Made by a program: the position numbers and the translations under genes
Assembly (NCBI RefSeq): GCF_001194135.2
Contig: NC_069007.1
Location: 5,253,539 to 5,311,289, forward strand
Direction: 5' to 3'
DNA: 57,751 nucleotides
Source: Octopus bimaculoides
Lineage: Eukaryota
In this document: positions 36,596 through 49,172 of the stretch, piece by piece
Layout: the number at the start of each line of letters is the position of its first letter
How positions within the stretch are numbered: position 1 is the stretch's first letter
The notes under the pieces: model-generated
What the model saw: only the letters and a program-made list of their open reading frames with translations
Told to the model about the DNA's origin: nothing
Databases searched by the model: none

Positions 36596-37242
36596 NNNNN
36601 NNNNNNNNNNNNNNNNNNNNNNNNNNNNNNNNNNNNNNNNNNNNNNNNNNNNNNNNNNNNNNNNNNNNNNNNNNNNNNNNNNNNNNNNNNNNNNNNNNNN
36701 NNNNNNNNNNNNNNNNNNNNNNNNNNNNNNNNNNNNNNNNNNNNNNNNNNNNNNNNNNNNNNNNNNNNNNNNNNNNNNNNNNNNNNNNNNNNNNNNNNNN
36801 NNNNNNNNNNNNNNNNNNNNNNNNNNNNNNNNNNNNNNNNNNNNNNNNNNNNNNNNNNNNNNNNNNNNNNNNNNNNNNNNNNNNNNNNNNNNNNNNNNNN
36901 NNNNNNNNNNNNNNNNNNNNNNNNNNNNNNNNNNNNNNNNNNNNNNNNNNNNNNNNNNNNNNNNNNNNNNNNNNNNNNNNNNNNNNNNNNNNNNNNNNNN
37001 NNNNNNNNNNNNNNNNNNNNNNNNNNNNNNNNNNNNNNNNNNNNNNNNNNNNNNNNNNNNNNNNNNNNNNNNNNNNNNNNNNNNNNNNNNNNNNNNNNNN
37101 NNNNNNNNNNNNNNNNNNNNNNNNNNNNNNNNNNNNNNNNNNNNNNNNNNNNNNNNNNNNNNNNNNNNNNNNNNNNNNNNNNNNNNNNNNNNNNNNNNNN
37201 NNNNNNNNNNNNNNNNNNNNNNNNNNNNNNNNNNNNNNNNNN

Positions 37243-37305
37243 GAGGGTAGTGGTGGGGGCGAGGGTAGTGGTGGGGGCGAGGGTAGTGGTGGGAGTGAGG
37301 GTAGT
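37243..37305. repeat. 18-bp G-rich minisatellite (gagggtagtggtgggggc)n
   Basis: About 3.5 units next to a gap. Confidence 0.85.
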
Positions 37306-37489
37306 GAGAAACTGTAACTAAAGATTAAGATTATTAACTCCACAGAGAGAGAGGAAAGAAGAGAGACAGCATAGTGACGATTTTGGCTGACTATCATCCT
37401 GTACTCCCCTTGTTGCTAGCAAAATGGCATGAGCCGGCTGTCTGAGCAACTGGTTGTTTTAATGGCGGAACAAAACAGGACATAAAGAT

Positions 37490-37669
37490 TACAAAAATAG
37501 CGATTCTCACTTTAAAACTAACGATTTTGAAACTATTTTTAGATTACGGAATGCCCCACTCTCTTATGTATCCATGTTTAAAATTTCAGCACGATCAGAT
37601 GAACAATACTTGAGTTATAAGCGCACAAACAGACAGACAGACAGAACGGATTTTATATATTAAGATTAG
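37490..37669. mobile_element. Helitron/Helentron-like non-autonomous end
   Basis: aaatttcagcacgatcagatg...(acag)n aacggattttatatattaagattag resembles the DINE-1/HINE terminal architecture. Confidence 0.45.
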
Positions 37670-37700
37670 CACAAGATTCTAAAAAGAAAACTACACTTAC

Positions 37701-37813
37701 CGGTTTCGAGGGTCCTGATAGTTTTCACAAAGCTGAAAGGTCCTTGTCCCTGTAGAACCTCTTTTGTGATAGCAGCCACACGTACTTTATACGTCGTCCA
37801 TGGATGAAGGTTC
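37701..37813 (-). CDS. Next coding exon of the same FN3 protein, C-terminal half of the FN3 domain
   Basis: Acceptor aatgttgtttatttcag| and donor |gtaagt. 113 nt, phase 2 to phase 1: (G)NLHPWTTYKVRVAAITKEVLQGQGPFSFVKTIRTLET. Contains the FN3 L-x-P-x-T-x-Y-x-V-x-V-x-A and G-x-G-P-F-S motifs. Confidence 0.9.
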
Positions 37814-37849
37814 CTGAAATAAACAACATTAAAAAAAAAATGATAATAA

Positions 37850-38065
37850 TGTTTTCAAATTTTGGCACAAGGCTAGCAATTTGGGGGAAGGATTAAGTCA
37901 ATTACATCAACCCCCACTGCTCAAATGGTACTTATTTTATTGACCTTGAAAGTATGAAAGACAAAGTTGAAATCAGCAGAATTTGAACTCAGAACACAAT
38001 AAGACAGATGAAATGCTGCTAAGTATTTTGCCAGCATGCTAACAATTCTGTCAGCTCACCACCTT
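37850..38065 (-). mobile_element. SINE-C
   Basis: Reverse-orientation head, core and tail. Confidence 0.82.
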
Positions 38066-38089
38066 AATAATAATAATAATAATAATAAC

Positions 38090-38124
<35 letters not shown>

Positions 38125-38135
38125 TAAAAGCAATT

Positions 38136-38523
38136 TGTTGTTGTTGGCACTCCGTTGCTTACGACGTCGAGGGTTCCAGTTGATCCGATCAACGGAACAG
38201 CCTGCTCGTGAAATTAACGTGCAAGTGGCTGAGCACTCCACAGACACGTGTACCCTTAACGTAGTTCTCGAGGATATTCAGTGTGACACAGTGTGACAAG
38301 GCTGACCCTTTGAATTACAGGCACAACAGAAACAGGAAGAAAGAGCGAGAGAAAGTTGTGGTGGAAGAGTACAGCAGGGTTCGCCACCATCCCCTGCCAG
38401 AGCCTCGTGGAGCTATTAGGTGTTTTCGCTCAATAAACACTCACAACGCCCGGTCTGGGAATCGAAACCACGATCCTATGACCGCGAGTCCGCTGTCCTA
38501 ACCACTGGGCCATTGCGCCTCCA
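38136..38523 (-). mobile_element. SINE-A full length
   Basis: Complete head to (CAA)n tail. Confidence 0.92.
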
Positions 38524-38583
38524 CAATAATAGTAATAATAATAATGGTAACAACAACAACAACAATAATAATAATAATAATAA

Positions 38584-38830
38584 TCCTTTCTACTATAGGT
38601 GCAAGGCCTGAAATTTTGGGGAGGGGATTAAGTCGATTGCATCGACCCCATTACTCAACTGGGATGAAAGGCAAAAGGATGAAAAGCGAAGTTGACCTTG
38701 GCAGGATTTGAACTCAGAACATAGCAACGGGCGCAAAATGCCGCTAAGCATTTCACCCAGCATGCTAATGATTCTGCTAGCTCGCCACCTTAATAATAAT
38801 AATGATAATGAAAATAATAACAACAACAAC

Positions 38831-38870
<40 letters not shown>

Positions 38871-38930
38871 TAGGCACAAGGCCTGCCTGAAATTTTAGAG
38901 AAGGGGCTAGTTGATTACATTGACTGCAGG
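38584..38930 (-). mobile_element. SINE-C (38584-38791) plus tail fragment (38872-38930) separated by (AAT)n
   Basis: Reverse-orientation family motifs. Confidence 0.8.
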
Positions 38931-38933
38931 AGT

Positions 38934-39120
38934 GGCGCAGGAGTGGCTGTGTGGTAAGTAGCTTGCTTACGAACCACATGGTTCTGGGTTCAGTCCCACT
39001 GCGTGGCATCTTGGGCAAGTGTCTTCTACTATAGCTTTGGGTTGACCAAAGTCTTGTGAGTGGATTTGGTAGACGGATACTGAAAGAAGCCCGTAGTATA
39101 TATGTATACACATTATATAT
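38934..39120 (+). mobile_element. SINE-B 5' half running into a gap
   Basis: Near-consensus head ggcgcaggagtggctgtgtggtaag. Confidence 0.88.
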
Positions 39121-39873
39121 NNNNNNNNNNNNNNNNNNNNNNNNNNNNNNNNNNNNNNNNNNNNNNNNNNNNNNNNNNNNNNNNNNNNNNNNNNNNNNNN
39201 NNNNNNNNNNNNNNNNNNNNNNNNNNNNNNNNNNNNNNNNNNNNNNNNNNNNNNNNNNNNNNNNNNNNNNNNNNNNNNNNNNNNNNNNNNNNNNNNNNNN
39301 NNNNNNNNNNNNNNNNNNNNNNNNNNNNNNNNNNNNNNNNNNNNNNNNNNNNNNNNNNNNNNNNNNNNNNNNNNNNNNNNNNNNNNNNNNNNNNNNNNNN
39401 NNNNNNNNNNNNNNNNNNNNNNNNNNNNNNNNNNNNNNNNNNNNNNNNNNNNNNNNNNNNNNNNNNNNNNNNNNNNNNNNNNNNNNNNNNNNNNNNNNNN
39501 NNNNNNNNNNNNNNNNNNNNNNNNNNNNNNNNNNNNNNNNNNNNNNNNNNNNNNNNNNNNNNNNNNNNNNNNNNNNNNNNNNNNNNNNNNNNNNNNNNNN
39601 NNNNNNNNNNNNNNNNNNNNNNNNNNNNNNNNNNNNNNNNNNNNNNNNNNNNNNNNNNNNNNNNNNNNNNNNNNNNNNNNNNNNNNNNNNNNNNNNNNNN
39701 NNNNNNNNNNNNNNNNNNNNNNNNNNNNNNNNNNNNNNNNNNNNNNNNNNNNNNNNNNNNNNNNNNNNNNNNNNNNNNNNNNNNNNNNNNNNNNNNNNNN
39801 NNNNNNNNNNNNNNNNNNAATATATTCCTCTATACACGATCATACAAAGCCCCTTTTTTTGTTTTTATTTTTA

Positions 39874-39922
<49 letters not shown>

Positions 39923-39924
39923 GC

Positions 39925-40153
39925 ATGTATGTGTGTTTGTGTGTCTGTGTTTGTCTCCCCACCATCACTTGACAGCTGATGCTGGTGTGTTTACATCCCC
40001 GTAACTTAGCGGTTCGGCAAAAAGAGACCAATAGAATAAGTACTAGGCTTACAAAGAATAAGTCCTGGGGTCGATTTGCTCGACTAAAGGCGGTGCTCCA
40101 GCATGGCCACAGTCAAATGACTGAAACAAGTAAAAGAGTAAAAGAGTAAAAGA
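39925..40153 (+). mobile_element. SINE-B 3' half
   Basis: Near-consensus, (gtaaaaga)n tail. Confidence 0.88.
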
Positions 40154-41034
40154 ATGCAGTACTCAAATTATATTTATTTTATTGACGCCCAAGGGATGAA
40201 AGGCAAAGTTGTCCCTGGTGGAATTTGAACTCAGAGCATAAAGTGTTGGAAGGTATGCCACTAGACGTCTTACCTGATGCTCTTCTGATTCGGTAGTCTT
40301 GTCTCCTTTTATATCAGAGCATAATGACACATACCAATCAGTTCACAGTTTAACAGATATTGATCACTGAAGACTGGCCAATCTACTTATACTATTGATC
40401 TCTATAAATAGCAAATTGAACAGCTTTGCTAAACCAAACATTACATCGGGCTACATCGTCCCATTAAGTTGTGAAATGTATGCAGAAGAGATAAATACTA
40501 AGTATCACTCGGTCTCTCTTTGCACTTTGTGAGTTGCACTTAGTGATCGCTTTCCCTGAATAAATAATTAAAAAGCTACTAATAGCAAGAGGACAGACGA
40601 GCTTTCTCAACTGATTGCATTTTATTTTCAGATTGAAAAAGGATTAGTTCTGAGTGGACATGCTTTGGTCAGAGCAAACGTTTGTTTGTTTGACATGTTT
40701 TTACGTCCATTTATCCTTGTTAGCATGGGTTAGGTGAATATGTTATTGAGGTATTGTTTTGCAGTTGAGACGCTCTTCCTAATGTTAACCGTTTCTGGTT
40801 TCTCAAGTAAGAAATCTTTTATTATATGTGGCATCAAAGGAATGAAATGAACAAGTGATTTCTGGACAAGTTTACTGACAACAACACTGCCACTGCATCA
40901 AAAATTTCATAGACATAAATGACATGTAAACACACACACACACACACATATACAATGGGTTTCTTTCAGTTTCCATCTACCAAATCCACTCACAAGGCTA
41001 TGATAACCAAAATGATGACATTATTCTATATATA

Positions 41035-41188
41035 TCATCATCATCGTTTAACATCTGCTTTCCATGCTAGCATGGGTTGGACGATTTGAATGAGGACTGG
41101 TGAACCAGATGGCTCACACAAGGCTCCAATCTAACTTGGCAGAGTTTCTACAGCTGGATGCCCTTCCTAACGCCAACCACTCCGAGAG
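41035..41188 (-). mobile_element. RTE LINE 3' end
   Basis: Reverse complement of the 32590-32745 region. Confidence 0.85.
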
Positions 41189-41189
41189 A

Positions 41190-41375
41190 CACATGTACTC
41201 TTAACATAGTTCTGAAGGAGATTCAGCATGACACAGAATGCGACAAGGCTGACCCTTTGAAATACGGGTACTTCTCATTTTTGCCAGCTGAGTGGACTGA
41301 AGAAATATGAAACATGGTTTCTTACTCAAGTACACAACACCTCACCAGGAATTGAACTCACAATTGTGAGATGAG
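41190..41375 (-). mobile_element. CORE-like SINE carrying part of the SINE-A tail
   Basis: gacaaggctgaccctttga joined to cagctgagtggactg...caagtacacaac. Confidence 0.55.
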
Positions 41376-41860
41376 CTGTAGGCAATATGTGTTTTTTTGT
41401 GGGGTCCGGGGGATGGTAAACAGAAAGCTGCCCCAGGCAGCACCCACTCTAGCTACACTAGTGGTATATTATCCAACTAACTTGTTTTTTGTCTACCCCT
41501 GGGTCTCCTCCTGGTTGGGCAGCTCAATACAAACAACAGCTTGGTGCTTTCAGTATGAAAAGGATCAATAAAACATAATTAATGATAATTTCTCTGCTAC
41601 TCATAATTAATTCAACTCGTTAACGCAACACATTTTGATTACTTTACATAATGTTATATTGCAGAGATATGCTTTTTGATATTTTTTCAAAGAGTGTAGC
41701 ATATGACCTAAAATGCTGTGCCATGTTTTTTGCCTGATATGTGGGTTATAAGTACTGCTTCACTAATCTATATTTCTCAGTGAGCCTTTCCTATTGTTAT
41801 GACAGTGGTATGTGATTTGATGGAATTTAGGTACTGTTTTTAGTAGGTCAAGCAAAAAGT

Positions 41861-42247
41861 TGTTGTTGTTGGCACTCTGTCACTTACGACATTGAGGGTT
41901 CCAGTTGATCTGATCAACGGAACAGCCTGCTCGTGAAATTAACGTGCAAGTGGCTGAGCACTCCACAGACACGTGTACCCTTAACGTAGTTCTCGGGGAT
42001 ATTCAGCGTGACACAGTGTGACAAGGCTGACCCTTTGAATTACAGGCACAACAGAAACAGGAAGTAAGAGTGAGAGAAAGTTGTGGTGAAAGAGTACAGC
42101 AGGGTTCGCCACAATGCCCTGCCAGAGCCTCGTGGAGCTTTAGGTGTTTTCGCTCAATAAACACTCACAATGCCCGATCTGGGAATCGAAACCGCGATCC
42201 TATGACCGCGAGTCCGCTGCCCTAACCACTGGGCCATTGCGCCTCCA
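41861..42247 (-). mobile_element. SINE-A full length with 12-bp TSD
   Basis: caagcaaaaagt at 41849-41860 and 42249-42260. Confidence 0.93.
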
Positions 42248-42367
42248 ACAAGCAAAAAGTACATTGGTGTGAAAGACAACAGTGCTTTTACCAAAGCCAC
42301 CATCATTAAAAGAAAAAACCTTTCCAATTTTTCTTTCTGAAAAATATGTATTTTAATAATCCTGTCA

Positions 42368-42560
42368 ACTGTAGGACACAACACCTCAAATTTCATGGGA
42401 GGTGGGTTAGTCAATTACATTGACCCCAGTGGTCAACTGATATTTATTTCATTGACCCTGAAAGGTTGAAAAGCAAAGCTGATTTTGGTGGAATTTGAAC
42501 TCAGAATGTAGAGATAGACGAAATACCACCAAGCATTTCCTCTCACATGCTAACAAGTTT
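42368..42560 (-). mobile_element. SINE-C, diverged
   Basis: Reverse core motifs. Confidence 0.7.
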
Positions 42561-42659
42561 AGCTTATTCGTTGCTGTTGTATGGATTTTGATAAATGATA
42601 AAAGAAAATTGGTTAGGAATAACTGCAGTATCCTTATATATAAATATATTCTTTTATTA

Positions 42660-43266
42660 TTGTTGTATTTGGGGATGGTCATGTTGCCAGTTTAGCCAAT
42701 AAAAACACACGCACTGTATATTTGGTGTTAATTTGCTTCAGCTTTATTTTACATTACATTACATTAATCATATTTCGGCCAGAGTTCTTTCATCACACTT
42801 CTGTGACCTCATTATTAAATTGTATTTAATTTAAAAATTAAACACAAAATACAAAAAACAAAAACAAAACAAAAAACAAAAAAAGTAGGTGTAAACACAT
42901 GAACAAATAAATAAATAAAAACAAAAATAAACAAACATGTATAAACAGAGGATACAGATAATAGAGGCACTCCCCATACACACACATGTACTTACAAAAA
43001 CATAGACACACATTGAGGGATACACATGCGTAGACACATACAATAGGAATACAAAATACAAAATGGCTGATCGTTAGCAAGGAGGGACACACATATAAGA
43101 AAGAAGAAAGCAAAGGACCACTGATGAGGTCACAGAAGTGTGACGAAAGAACTCTGGCCGAAATAGGATTAATGTAAAATAAAGCTGAAGCAAATTAACA
43201 CCAAATATACAGTGCATGTGTTTTTATTGGCTAAACTGGCAACATGACCATCCCCAAGTACAACAA
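42660..43266. mobile_element. Penelope-like inverted pseudo-LTR pair (arms 42660-42812 and 43124-43266)
   Basis: About 150-bp inverted arms around a 311-bp spacer. The arms carry a hammerhead-like motif and AATAAA. Confidence 0.65.
43115..43159 (+). ncRNA. Candidate minimal type I hammerhead ribozyme
   Basis: ggacca CTGATGA g [gtcaca gaag tgtgac] GAAA g aa CTC tggcc. Core, perfect 6-bp stem II, bulged stem I, very short stem III. Confidence 0.55.
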
Positions 43267-43320
43267 CATCTGTTTCAACACACGATTTCACATCAAAAAT
43301 CTTGCAAAACAAATATATAT

Positions 43321-43762
43321 TCTTTTATTCTTTTACTTGTTTCAGTCATTTGACTGCAGCCATGCTGGAACAACGCCTTTTAGTCAAAGAAATCAACCCC
43401 AGGATTTATTCTTTGTAAGTCCCGTACTTATTCTATTTGTCTCTTTTTCCAAACCACTAACTTATGGGGATGTAAGCACACCAACATTGGTTGTCAAGCA
43501 ATGGGTGGTAAGAACAAACACAGACACAAAGACATGCATAGATACACACACACAAACACACATGGCAAAAGCAATATATAAATATATATATATATATATG
43601 ACGGGCTTCTTTTCAGTTTCCATCTACCAAACCCACTCATAAGGCTTTGGTCAGCCTGAGGTCAAAGTAGAAGACACTTGCCCAAGGTGCCATGCAGTGG
43701 GACTGAACACAGAACCATGTGGTTGAGAAGCAAACTTCTTACCACACAGCTATGCCTGCACC
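43321..43762 (-). mobile_element. SINE-B full length, diverged
   Basis: Colinear with other copies. Confidence 0.85.
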
Positions 43763-45567
43763 TATAATATGCACCCAATTTGTAAAGATACACAAGCAAA
43801 CACACAGATGTGTAATATGTATCATATACACATATACACACAGGTGCCTAATACTTATGCACCTTACATTTAGACAGACGCAACATCACATCAACACAGA
43901 CACACATACACATTCACACGCATACACACACACATATAATCATCTGAGCTGAACAGAGTCGAAAGCAGACATATTTTAAATAATTCATAATGACAAAGGA
44001 AGTGTACAAAAAGATTGCATCTACGATAAGAAAGAGGAAAGTGAATTGTCATGTTTGAAATAAAAATGTTAGAATAAATGTAATTTATTAGTGAAGAAGA
44101 ATGGAATTACTGTCTTTGAGAAAGAATTTTCTTAACAAATAGATTTAAAAGTCTTCAAGACAATAGAATTGGTACTGCTATAACTGTTATGTCAGAGTGG
44201 TTTCATTAAAAGTCTTCATGATCTCATGGGTTTAGGAATGGCAGAGTGGTTGAGAAGTTTTGTTTTGGAACCATCCATTTGATTTTGGTTTGGTTCTGCT
44301 ATGTGGTACCCTGGTGCCTTGGTACATGTGTGGTACCTTGGACAAGCACTGAGGATCTTTTTGCTGTCATTGTACACTAGAGTTGAAACAAAAAGTACTT
44401 ATGAGTGGAAAATTAGTTGAAGGAAATTGTAAGGAAGCCTGGCTAGGCTCAGGTGTGGCTGTGTGGTGGTTAAGAAACTTGCTTTGCTACAATGTGGTTT
44501 TGGGTTCAATTTCATTGCATAGCAAGTGTCCTCTACTATAACCACTGGTCAACCAACAGCTTTTGAGTGGATTCAATAGACAGAAACTGTGTTGAAGCCT
44601 ATTGGGCATGTGTGTGGGTGTGTGTGAGAGTGTATGCGTGTATGTGAGTGTGTGTATGTGTGTGTGTGTGTGTATCTCAGTATAATTATAAAATTATGAT
44701 AAGGGCGTTGAAACAATAATGCCTGTATGCTATTCTAATTGTGTATATATNNNNNNNNNNNNNNNNNNNNNNNNNNNNNNNNNNNNNNNNNNNNNNNNNN
44801 NNNNNNNNNNNNNNNNNNNNNNNNNNNNNNNNNNNNNNNNNNNNNNNNNNNNNNNNNNNNNNNNNNNNNNNNNNNNNNNNNNNNNNNNNNNNNNNNNNNN
44901 NNNNNNNNNNNNNNNNNNNNNNNNNNNNNNNNNNNNNNNNNNNNNNNNNNNNNNNNNNNNNNNNNNNNNNNNNNNNNNNNNNNNNNNNNNNNNNNNNNNN
45001 NNNNNNNNNNNNNNNNNNNNNNNNNNNNNNNNNNNNNNNNNNNNNNNNNNNNNNNNNNNNNNNNNNNNNNNNNNNNNNNNNNNNNNNNNNNNNNNNNNNN
45101 NNNNNNNNNNNNNNNNNNNNNNNNNNNNNNNNNNNNNNNNNNNNNNNNNNNNNNNNNNNNNNNNNNNNNNNNNNNNNNNNNNNNNNNNNNNNNNNNNNNN
45201 NNNNNNNNNNNNNNNNNNNNNNNNNNNNNNNNNNNNNNNNNNNNNNNNNNNNNNNNNNNNNNNNNNNNNNNNNNNNNNNNNNNNNNNNNNNNNNNNNNNN
45301 NNNNNNNNNNNNNNNNNNNNNNNNNNNNNNNNNNNNNNNNNNNNNNNNNNNNNNNNNNNNNNNNNNNNNNNNNNNNNNNNNNNNNNNNNNNNNNNNNNNN
45401 NNNNNNNNNNNNNNNNNNNNNNNNNNNNNNNNNNNNNNNNNNNNNNNNNNNNNNNNNNNNNNNNNNNNNNNNNNNNNNNNNNNNNNNNNNNNNNNNNNNN
45501 NNNNNNNNNNNNNNNNNNNNNNNNNNNNNNNNNNNNNNNNNNNNNNNNNNNNNNNNNNNNNNNNNNG

Positions 45568-45778
45568 CGCCAGATGAAATGCTTAGCGGTATTTCGTCTG
45601 CTGTTACGTTCTGAGTTCAAATTCCGCCGAGGTTGACTTTGCCTTTCATCCTTTCGGGGTCGATAAATTAAGTACCAGTTACACACTGGGATTGATGTAA
45701 TCGACTTAATCCATTTGTCTATCCTTGTTTGTTCCCTCTATGTTTAGCCCCTTGTGGGCAATAAAGAAACAAGAAACT
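45568..45778 (+). mobile_element. SINE-C with alternative tail (...ccccttgtgggcaataaagaaa)
   Basis: Same tail in the reverse copy at 49568-49805. Confidence 0.85.
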
Positions 45779-45994
45779 GCTAGAAACTAGCAAATATTTG
45801 TCTTCGTTTGCAGTTGTCTTAAGAAGAAATGTAACGCCACTCATCTCCATAGTTCAGTAGATAATTTCGAAGCATTTGATATTAATTAGTAGTGACATCT
45901 GTCTTGAAGAAGTGGTCAAAGGTCATTAATGATATCACGATCAGTGACATTCTCTACTGCCCCCACCAACTATACTGGGTATAATAGGTATTAG

Positions 45995-46597
45995 ATGTGG
46001 CAGTCAGTGCAGGCACCTGTCACCGTCACCACCACCACCACTACTACTATCATAATCTTGTTCATTACAGCCAGCTTTCATCCTCGCCACCACCACTACC
46101 AGCATCATCATTGTAATAGTCGCATTGTCCATTGCAGCCAACAATCACTACCCCTGTCATCACCACCACCGCCACTGCTGCACTACCACCACCGCTGCTG
46201 CACTACCACCACCACTGTCGCTACTATTGTCATCATTACACTAGTCAATACAGCTAAGAAACACCACCATCACCATCACTACAGCAACCATCAGCATCAT
46301 CATCACTGTAATCTAATTTTTCCTGGCAACCAGTCACCACCACCATCATCATCATTATCAACAATATTACCCATCTGCCTCAATAAATTTCACCCCTCCC
46401 CCCACAGCCATTATTGATGATTCCCATGTCACCAATATCTTCCCCACCACCAGCACCGAAATCACCACCAGCACCACTCCCATAAGCAACTCAATCACCA
46501 CCACTTCCGTCACTACTACCGTCACCACCACCACCACCACCACCACAATCATCATTACCATCAATATAAACATCACAGTCATTGCTACAACCACCTT
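45995..46597. repeat. (CAC/CAT/CAG)-rich degenerate trinucleotide tract
   Basis: Direct inspection. Confidence 0.85.
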
Positions 46598-46695
46598 NNN
46601 NNNNNNNNNNNNNNNNNNNNNNNNNNNNNNNNNNNNNNNNNNNNNNNNNNNNNNNNNNNNNNNNNNNNNNNNNNNNNNNNNNNNNNNNNNNNNNN

Positions 46696-46750
<55 letters not shown>

Positions 46751-47807
46751 CACACACACACGTACTCGCAAACTTCCAGAGAGATTAGTTAATGTTATGC
46801 CACAGTTAAAGTCCCACTTACAATCCAAATATTACAGCTTAGAAGCAGATTCCAGAGAACTTTGCTAATCTGATTATCTAGTTTCAAATATCAAAGGTTT
46901 GCTTTGCTTGTCAGCATCCTTACGGTTTTGCTCAAAGATTAATACTTATCATTGATTTTAATCTTTGAGATCTATGGATATCTTGATTTGTGATATACAG
47001 GTACTACCAAATACCTAACTGAATTCTTTTCTGTCATTTACTGTTTTTTTCATTGGTTAAATTGTATCAGCCAGAGAGCAGTACTTCTCAGTTGGGTTTT
47101 GGGTACAGTGCTGGCATTCCATTGGTTACGATGTCAAGGGTTCCAGTTGGTCTGATCAGTGGAACAGCCTGCTCATAAAATACCTAACTGAATTCCTTTC
47201 TGTCATTTCCACGGAATTCAACCTGACTTAACTTTTGTTTCTGACTTCTAAAAGTATATTATAAGTTTTAGAAACAAATTAACATTAAAGTTATATGATG
47301 ATATTGTAAGAAAAAACTATTGTAAAAAAAACGAGTTTTAGTTCAGAAATTTTAAATTAATTTAAACATACAACTTCTCAGTGTGACCATGCTGTCAAAG
47401 CTGTCGCCCACCCTTTGCCATTCTCCCATTATCCTATGGTATGGCTTGTAACATATGACACAATGTGCTGTGAGGTGTGCAGTGATATTTCAGGACACCT
47501 ACCACCAAATTTTATAAGCAGGAGTATAACAAATGTTTTCCATGATGATTTGGGATTAAATTAATGAGTAAGATATAAGGAATTTGTCATTTGTCTATAA
47601 GGAATTTGTCATTTTCAATAGGTGTGCAGATCTTAATTTCCAGTTTTCCGTGGAAACTATTTAGCCAGGGGGAAATGCTACTTTACTTGTTAACAGGCAA
47701 GGGTTGATGACAGGAAAGGCATCCAGCTGTAGAAAACAATTCCCTTCAACCCATGAGAGCATGGGGAAGTGAATGCTATGACGACAACAACGATGATGAG
47801 GACATGT

Positions 47808-47839
<32 letters not shown>

Positions 47840-48621
47840 CTGTTATCGGTGAGTGACAAAAAGATAACCTGTGCCATTTCTGTCTATCTTGGGTATGTCT
47901 ATGTTGGGTATGTCTCTTTACACCCAGTCCAGTTCAGATTTTGATTTCCTTTTCTTTCTTCTCCTTAACAAGAATCAATAGAATATAAGCCAGACAAAGT
48001 ACTTGTGTTTGGTGGTGGGGAAAGCAAGGTCAATAGAATTGATTAAAACCTGTTAAGGCAATGCTCCAGCATGGCCGCATTCCAATGAATGAAGCCCGTT
48101 CCCAATAAATTGAGGAAAAGAATACATCTTGCCCTGATTGTGGCACCACACCCTACACAACAGGCCCCAACCAACAACCAACACAACTCACACACAGCCA
48201 ATCACAGCACAGAACACACACAATATACGTATGAGAAAATATTAATTTTCTGGTTTTTCTTCACACAATAGAATTAGTAGAGTCTTGCGGAATATTATCT
48301 TGATTTCAATGGTGGGAATGTTTTGTGTTTGAATAACAGTACATCACACAGTGCCAAACCGTTTCTATATGACAAGTCATACATGAAGTAAGTGATTTTG
48401 ATGAAGAACGATGGAAATGGAGATGGATTCTTCATTAAAGAATGGTCACTCAAGTGTGTTATATTATGTATGGAATTTGGACCGATATTCAAAGAGAGAA
48501 GAATCTTCAAAGTATTTTTGTTATTAATATATATTGATTCTACATAATGGACCTACAAAGCCAGACATTTGTAAGGAGATGGGTTACAGTCAATCAAATC
48601 AGCCCTCAGTACTTAGCTGGT

Positions 48622-49172
48622 GAAGTTATATAGCTCAATGGTTAGAGAGTTGCGCTCACAATCATGAGGTAGTGAGTTTGATTCCTGGACCGGGCTTTGT
48701 GTTGTGCTCTTGAGCAAGACACTTTATTTCACATTGCTCCAGTGATTAGAGTGCCAGGCTCCCAATCATGGTACTGAGTTTCGATTCCCAGACTGGGCTG
48801 CATGTTGTGCTTAAGGCACTTTATTTCATGTTGCTCCAGTGAAGGCACATGGCTCAGTGGTTAGAGCATCAGGCTCACAATCATGAGGTAGTGAGTTCAA
48901 TTCCCAGACCAAATTGTGTGTTGTGTTCTTGAACAAGACACTTTATTTTATGTTGTTCCATTTCATTCATGTGTAGAAATGAGTTGCAACATCACCGGTG
49001 CCAAGCTGTATCGGCCCCTTTGCCTTTCCCTTGGATAACATCGGTGGTATGGAGAGTGGAGGCTGGTATGCATGGGCAACTGCTGGTCTTCCATAAACAA
49101 CCTTGCCTGGACTTCTGTCTCGGAGAGGAACTTTCTAGTTGCAATCCCATGGTCATTTGTGACCAAAGAGGG
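48622..49172 (+). mobile_element. SINE-F with three tandem tRNA-head/CORE modules
   Basis: Head-plus-core modules at about 48622-48744, 48745-48841 and 48842-48965, followed by one body and tail. Confidence 0.78.

Noticed and set aside
48281-48550. Coding-looking stretch (plus frame with one stop and a gtaagt; 71-aa minus ORF)
   Set aside because: No recognisable family and ambiguous acceptor. It lies inside an intron whose flanking exons already join in frame.
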